Below, one piece after another: positions 57,258-61,221 of a DNA stretch of 61,221 nt. The position numbers were made by a program, and so were the translations under genes. The stretch lies in the IMG/VR virus record IMGVR_UViG_3300033143_005346, positions 1 through 61,221 of that record, one strand, 5' to 3'. The notes under the pieces are model-generated. The model saw only the letters and a program-made list of their open reading frames with translations, made no database searches and was not told the origin of the DNA. The stretch is from a virus (lineage: Duplodnaviria; Caudoviricetes). Positions within the stretch are counted from its first letter, which is position 1, and every line of letters begins with the position of its first letter.

Positions 57258-57445
57258 TATCCATAAACCTTTTCCATCGTTTTTTTATAATCTTCCCACT
57301 CGTCGTCCAGGCCGTAATGATCGTAATAAGCCTTGGCCTGTTTCATATATGCTTCGTGGTCCGGCCAATCACAATCCAGTTCCTCCGGATGAAGCGGTGC
57401 TCCCTCGCCCTTTAGGCGGGCTAAACCAAATCCACTATTTTCCAT
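57257..57445 (-). CDS. Hypothetical protein
   Basis: 62 aa; GGGAG RBS; TAATG coupling to terL. Confidence 0.6.
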   Translation of the reverse strand: MENSGFGLARLKGEGAPLHPEELDCDWPDHEAYMKQAKAYYDHYGLDDEWEDYKKTMEKVYG

Positions 57446-57455
57446 GATACGCTCC

Positions 57456-57722
57456 CTATTCTTCGTCTATACTGTCAAAATCAATAGATTCGCTTTCTTC
57501 AGTCGGAAACCTATCTTCAATAACGTCCCTTTTAAAAACTTCATTCAAGACCAGCATTTCCGCCGGATCACCGTTCCAGTAAGTTCGGATACTGCCGTCC
57601 CTGCGCCGGTACATAATGGATATAGACTCAATATTGTCCGTGTCAAACTCCTTAACAACTTCGGCAACATTCTTCCTAAATCCAGTTTTATCAAAGATAT
57701 CAATATGTTCGATTTTACCCAT
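57456..57722 (-). CDS. Hypothetical protein
   Basis: 88 aa; packed with neighbours. Confidence 0.65.
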   Translation of the reverse strand: MGKIEHIDIFDKTGFRKNVAEVVKEFDTDNIESISIMYRRRDGSIRTYWNGDPAEMLVLNEVFKRDVIEDRFPTEESESIDFDSIDEE

Positions 57723-57724
57723 CA

Positions 57725-58120
57725 TTAATGCCTATCGTCTCGCCTGTGAGGTTTTGGATCCCAGGCTTTTTTATACTGCTGACTGAAAGCCAGGGCCTCG
57801 TCGGCTTTATTAAACTCAATAAAATTGTCAGTTTCAAGGGCCTGCTTAACAGCATCTCCAGGTGCAAGCTCTTTAAGATTACCGTCCGGCTGCAGAACAA
57901 CCGTAGGGTACACAATATGCTTTCCATCAACACCTGCAGTAGCCATTATGTGTGTAGACGTTTCTCCAGGTACGCCACGATCCAGGATGGGAGAAGATTC
58001 AGGGTTTAAAATCCGTTGCACAAAAGGCTTTTCAGCGTTTTCCTGTAGAATATCCACCACACGGTTACGGGTAAATGTAGTTTGACGCTGGCGTTTGTAC
58101 TTTTTCAGATCAAAACCCAT
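57725..58120 (-). CDS. Conserved phage hypothetical protein
   Basis: PFVQRILNP, STHIMA, VYPTV, A..F...YK motifs. Confidence 0.7.
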   Translation of the reverse strand: MGFDLKKYKRQRQTTFTRNRVVDILQENAEKPFVQRILNPESSPILDRGVPGETSTHIMATAGVDGKHIVYPTVVLQPDGNLKELAPGDAVKQALETDNFIEFNKADEALAFSQQYKKAWDPKPHRRDDRH

Positions 58121-58123
58121 AAA

Positions 58124-58351
58124 CTAATCCCCTTCTTCATCCATTTCACGATCTTCAGAGTAGGTGTCGTAGTCCTGATCGCTGTCGCCCCTGCGCGGTG
58201 CTATAGGACTAATATCGCCAGCCTCGTCCAGTTTTTTTGTTACACTGGCTTTAGGCTTTATATAATTGGAAACACCAGGCTGCAAGTCCTTACCCGCTTC
58301 ACCGCTGCCAAAGATTTTCTTCGATAGCCAGGCTTTTACGTCATAACCCAT
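58124..58351 (-). CDS. Hypothetical protein
   Basis: 75 aa; GGGAG RBS. Confidence 0.6.
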   Translation of the reverse strand: MGYDVKAWLSKKIFGSGEAGKDLQPGVSNYIKPKASVTKKLDEAGDISPIAPRRGDSDQDYDTYSEDREMDEEGD

Positions 58352-58364
58352 GAGTCAGTCTCCC

Positions 58365-58703
58365 TTACTTCTTGATTTTATTGCGAATATCCCGCAACGC
58401 AGCCCGTTCGTCGTCCAGGTCCCGTTTCAGCTTTTCATAAATAATCTGAACTTCCGGATCTCGATACGGCGGTTTCCCGTATTTTCTATAGTGCTCCTTA
58501 AGATCCTGCTCCAGCCATTTAATCTGCTGCTGGGTGCTGACCTGCTGTTGAAACAACGAAACTCCGGCAATTTCAATCTGTTGGGCCTTGTGATCCAAAA
58601 GGTGGCGCTCTTTTGTCGTAAATTGAGAATAAGCGCCCACCACCACGGTCCCCAAAAGAACCAGGGATCCCAAAACTGCCAGTATAGCTCCGTATCGCTT
58701 CAT
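58365..58703 (-). CDS. Membrane-anchored coiled-coil protein
   Basis: N-terminal hydrophobic helix followed by a coiled coil. Confidence 0.65.
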   Translation of the reverse strand: MKRYGAILAVLGSLVLLGTVVVGAYSQFTTKERHLLDHKAQQIEIAGVSLFQQQVSTQQQIKWLEQDLKEHYRKYGKPPYRDPEVQIIYEKLKRDLDDERAALRDIRNKIKK

Positions 58704-58704
58704 T

Positions 58705-59067
58705 TTAGCTAAATGTCAGCGTCTGAGGATTAGCCACAATCAGCAACTTGGTCGCAGAAACTGCAAATAGTACCAGAATGTCGTTCGCAGCCACGAAAGT
58801 TACCACATCATTCGTCCCGTCCAGCGTCACGCCGGAAGAAGCCGTTAATGTCGTTACCTCTGAGGAATCCAAACAGACAAAAACATACAACTTGCCTGGT
58901 GTCGGTGTAAATTCACTAAGCGCTACAGTCGCGTCTGTTCCATCCAACTCGATTAAGTCGGTCGGAAAATCCTTATCGCCCAGCGCTTTGTCGGCCACAT
59001 AATTTGATGCTTCCCGTCTCACACCCAGGGTTACAGCAAGTGGTCCTGATAGATTAGTTTCAGCCAT
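58705..59067 (-). CDS. Putative structural (beta-rich) protein
   Basis: 120 aa; GGAGG RBS. Confidence 0.65.
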   Translation of the reverse strand: MAETNLSGPLAVTLGVRREASNYVADKALGDKDFPTDLIELDGTDATVALSEFTPTPGKLYVFVCLDSSEVTTLTASSGVTLDGTNDVVTFVAANDILVLFAVSATKLLIVANPQTLTFS

Positions 59068-59095
59068 GATAAGCCCTCCAGTTAAAAATCGTTAT

Positions 59096-59128
59096 TAAAA
59101 ATAGAAAAAGCCCCATAAAAACAGAGCT
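59096..59128 (-). terminator. Probable intrinsic terminator
   Basis: Minus strand AGCTC..GGGGCT hairpin (with G-U pairs) followed by TTTTCTATTTTT. Confidence 0.5.
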
Positions 59129-59451
59129 TACTTCGTCATTGCCTTGCCGTAGCCACAATTCGGGCCACTCCCGCTGTGTCCCTTAATTTGAGACCGGCCA
59201 TCAGAAACCGTGTGGTTTCCGATTTTAGGATCCGCACCCTGGGCTTGCGGTACGCCCTTTAAAACAGGATCAGGGTTTCCGGTCCCTGGAAAATTTGTAA
59301 ATCTGGCCTCGGCACCAGTGGCACCGTGCATCCCAGTTATTTTCGTATCAACCGGTCCGCGATCCAACGGTCGAATAATGCCAGGCAGGTTGGAATTTCT
59401 GGCTCCCTCGCGCTGAGACAGCCGTTTTCGCATTACACCATTCATAGCCAT
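59128..59451 (-). CDS. Gly/Pro-rich hypothetical protein
   Basis: AGGAGG RBS; 107 aa. Confidence 0.6.
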   Translation of the reverse strand: MAMNGVMRKRLSQREGARNSNLPGIIRPLDRGPVDTKITGMHGATGAEARFTNFPGTGNPDPVLKGVPQAQGADPKIGNHTVSDGRSQIKGHSGSGPNCGYGKAMTK

Positions 59452-59460
59452 AACATCCTC

Positions 59461-59619
59461 CTAAAGTTTTTCGCGGAGCTTGTCCAGGATCTCTTTCCAC
59501 TTGGCGCTTGGGTCCATATTTAAAGCATCCGTAAAACGCTTCTTGTTGTTTCGGGCGACTAAAAAGCACCCAGCCATTCCTATCACTCCCCCTACCAAAA
59601 AACCAATTGCGATATCCAT
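59461..59619 (-). CDS. Small single-TM protein (52 aa)
   Basis: Not in track; GGAGG RBS; MDIAIGFLVGGVIGMAGCFLVARNNKK... Confidence 0.65.
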   Translation of the reverse strand: MDIAIGFLVGGVIGMAGCFLVARNNKKRFTDALNMDPSAKWKEILDKLREKL

Positions 59620-59642
59620 AATCCGTTCCTCCAGTTAAGAAT

Positions 59643-60062
59643 TTAAGTTTTAGAACCTTTTGGTTCCACTTGCTTATAGTCGGCGCTCTGGACAACCTTT
59701 AAATTCGAAATCCTAAAGCGCGAATATACAGTCCAGCGCTGGTAAACACCCTCTGCCGGTTCAAAAAACCGCATTTCCGGCACTTTTCGCCAGTAAACCG
59801 TTAATTCTCCGTCCAAACCGGCAATTATCCGCTGTATCGTCCGATTCCATGCTATCAGTGCGCCCTGCTCGGACTGAAATAGATGCGCCTTTGACCCTTC
59901 CTCCTTAATCCCGGCACTCACCACGGTCAAATAAGACTCCGCAGTAGGACAATACGCGAAATTACCAACCTCTGGATAAAAAGCAACCCCACCCTGCTTG
60001 AAAATATCCAAAAGATCATCACGCTTTGGATCAATTACCGTAGATTTATTCTTTTTAATCAT
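59643..60062 (-). CDS. Hypothetical protein
   Basis: Track ORF 59643-60113; ATG 60062 is also plausible; VYWR..PE...YSRF motif. Confidence 0.6.
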   Translation of the reverse strand: MIKKNKSTVIDPKRDDLLDIFKQGGVAFYPEVGNFAYCPTAESYLTVVSAGIKEEGSKAHLFQSEQGALIAWNRTIQRIIAGLDGELTVYWRKVPEMRFFEPAEGVYQRWTVYSRFRISNLKVVQSADYKQVEPKGSKT

Positions 60063-60268
60063 AACTAATCCGTCCTTGTGTCCGTTTGGCCCGTTACCCA
60101 CCGGTGATAACATGGCATTTCCTTTTTAAAATCTGAAATAAATACAGCCCCTTACCTTTTCTTCCCAAATAAACCATAGCATATAAGACGCCATGTCCAT
60201 GTGTTTTGTGGGTTTTGGGATCGGAAGGGGTAGGAGATATAACTTCGTTCCGCTGGTTTTGGGGGGTC

Positions 60269-60396
60269 GACCTTTCCAGGCCGCGGGCTGGCGGGTTTCC
60301 CCACCGGCTGGCAAATGATCCCCACCAGGAGGCAGACCGACCGGAAGCCCCGCGCAGCCAGGCCACCAATCAAACGGCCACAACATGCAAGGCCGT
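60269..60396 (-). ncRNA. Candidate structured RNA or DNA packaging-region element
   Basis: GC-rich non-coding segment with two GNRA-capped hairpins and enclosing stems on the minus strand. Confidence 0.4.
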
Positions 60397-60551
60397 GTCT
60401 TATAAGATGTATTATGTAAACTCTTGATGTCATTATGATTTAGTTATGTCCATTTATATTAGAGAATCAGAGTAAACAAGAGGACACCGGCCCACTGATA
60501 ACATGATCCAGACCCCTGACCCTGGTCAAGCTAATCACCTGTAACCGGATG

Positions 60552-60986
60552 TCAGCCACCCAGTTCGGCAAGCTCAAGCTCTAACTGTTCGATTTCATTA
60601 TTAACTTCATCCAATTCACCTTGGAAGTCAGAATATTGGACGTAGGCCCCAGGTTGTCCACGTTCTATCCGTTCTTTATCGTACAACTGACACATGGCCA
60701 GCACCCTGGAACCACCGGGCATCTTTTTTATGTCCTTGTGGCTCAAAGAATAGAGCATCTTTTGTTGAAGCACTGCAAGAATATCGGCCCTCTTATCCTT
60801 GAACACCGCCAGGCCCTTGAAGTCCGCCTTGACGGCCCGCAACCGCGCGGACACATTGGAAGCAGAGCAATTGCACATGTCCCCAATTTCCTGGTGGGAA
60901 AGGCCAGCATCCCTTAACTGGATAAGCCTGGAAATTAGAACCTTTGGCTTGCGGCCCAACTTATTCTTGCCTGTATTTGTTGGCAT
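60552..60986 (-). CDS. Terminase small subunit-like HTH protein
   Basis: GLSHQEIGDMCNCSASNVSARL HTH; LYDKERIERGQ motif; first gene of the late operon. Confidence 0.65.
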   Translation of the reverse strand: MPTNTGKNKLGRKPKVLISRLIQLRDAGLSHQEIGDMCNCSASNVSARLRAVKADFKGLAVFKDKRADILAVLQQKMLYSLSHKDIKKMPGGSRVLAMCQLYDKERIERGQPGAYVQYSDFQGELDEVNNEIEQLELELAELGG

Positions 60987-61049
60987 AGTTGCAACTGATG
61001 GTTAACTGAGGAGACGGGAAAAACTAAATTGATGTAAAGAGACGGAAGG

Positions 61050-61079
61050 CTTATAGTCTATATTGTAAGAGAGTGTCAA
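61050..61079 (-). promoter_or_regulatory. Possible sigma70-type late-operon promoter
   Basis: Minus strand TTGACA (61074-61079) with TATAAG at 18-bp spacing, upstream of the terS-like gene. Confidence 0.45.
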
Positions 61080-61221
61080 GACTTTATTTGATTAACCCTT
61101 TTCTTTTCCTCGTTTCAGCTTAACTTTATCGTGTTATTACAGCGCCTTGCAGGCTAAGGCATGGCGGCCAAGCTATGGCACCATTATATAATGATATTAA
61201 GATGAAATAAAAGTAAAATAG

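Larger units (their letters stand above)
1..61221. mobile_element. Tailed dsDNA bacteriophage (podovirus-like), near-complete genome segment
   Basis: TerL, portal, scaffold, major capsid, adaptor/nozzle, ejection proteins, tail fibres and lysis genes in one co-oriented block; dense small early genes; no host housekeeping genes. Confidence 0.95.

Noticed and set aside
60094-60433. Several overlapping ORFs in the terS-downstream gap
   Set aside because: Multiple frames are open because of local GC richness; none has a convincing RBS or protein-like composition.
1-61221. Alternative genetic code or stop-codon reassignment
   Set aside because: Standard code gives long intact ORFs, and TAA, TAG and TGA all end genes with tight coupling to the next start.
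1-61221. Integrase, attachment site, tRNA genes, DNA or RNA polymerase
   Set aside because: No such motifs were recognised by eye; lifestyle cannot be determined because the genome continues beyond the window.

Overview
The window is most of a tailed dsDNA bacteriophage genome with podovirus-type organisation: no tape-measure, tail-tube or sheath genes are recognisable, but tail adaptor/nozzle genes and several large internal-virion (DNA-ejection) genes are present. The host is probably diderm, because the phage carries an outer-membrane beta-barrel gene. Left end (minus strand): a lambda-O-like replication initiator truncated by the window edge and containing 12-bp iterons, a DUF968/HNH-like gene and a Cro-like HTH gene. 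Two near-identical divergent sigma70 promoters (1939-2103) follow. The plus-strand early block (2.1-10.9 kb) holds a small di-glycine-terminated, ubiquitin-like-looking protein coupled to a Cys-containing partner, a Cas4-like exonuclease, an SSB-like protein, the OMP, many small hypotheticals and an Xre-HTH/sigma70-region-4 fusion. The rest (10.9-61 kb, minus strand) is the late region: TerS, about ten small genes, TerL, portal, GroES, scaffold, decoration protein, major capsid protein, adaptors, a repeat-rich 1966-aa tail fibre, an apparently split nozzle gene, ejection proteins, endolysin and holin. The most notable items are the Ubl-GG plus putative E2-like pair, a 1444-aa ejection protein with an intact GGDEF domain, a 2828-aa polyvalent protein (GHKL ATPase, two HExxH motifs, ART-like domain) and a GNRA-rich structured element between terS and terL. 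I found no integrase, DNA polymerase, reverse transcriptase, tRNA or CRISPR array. All family calls come from motif recognition by eye, with no database searches.
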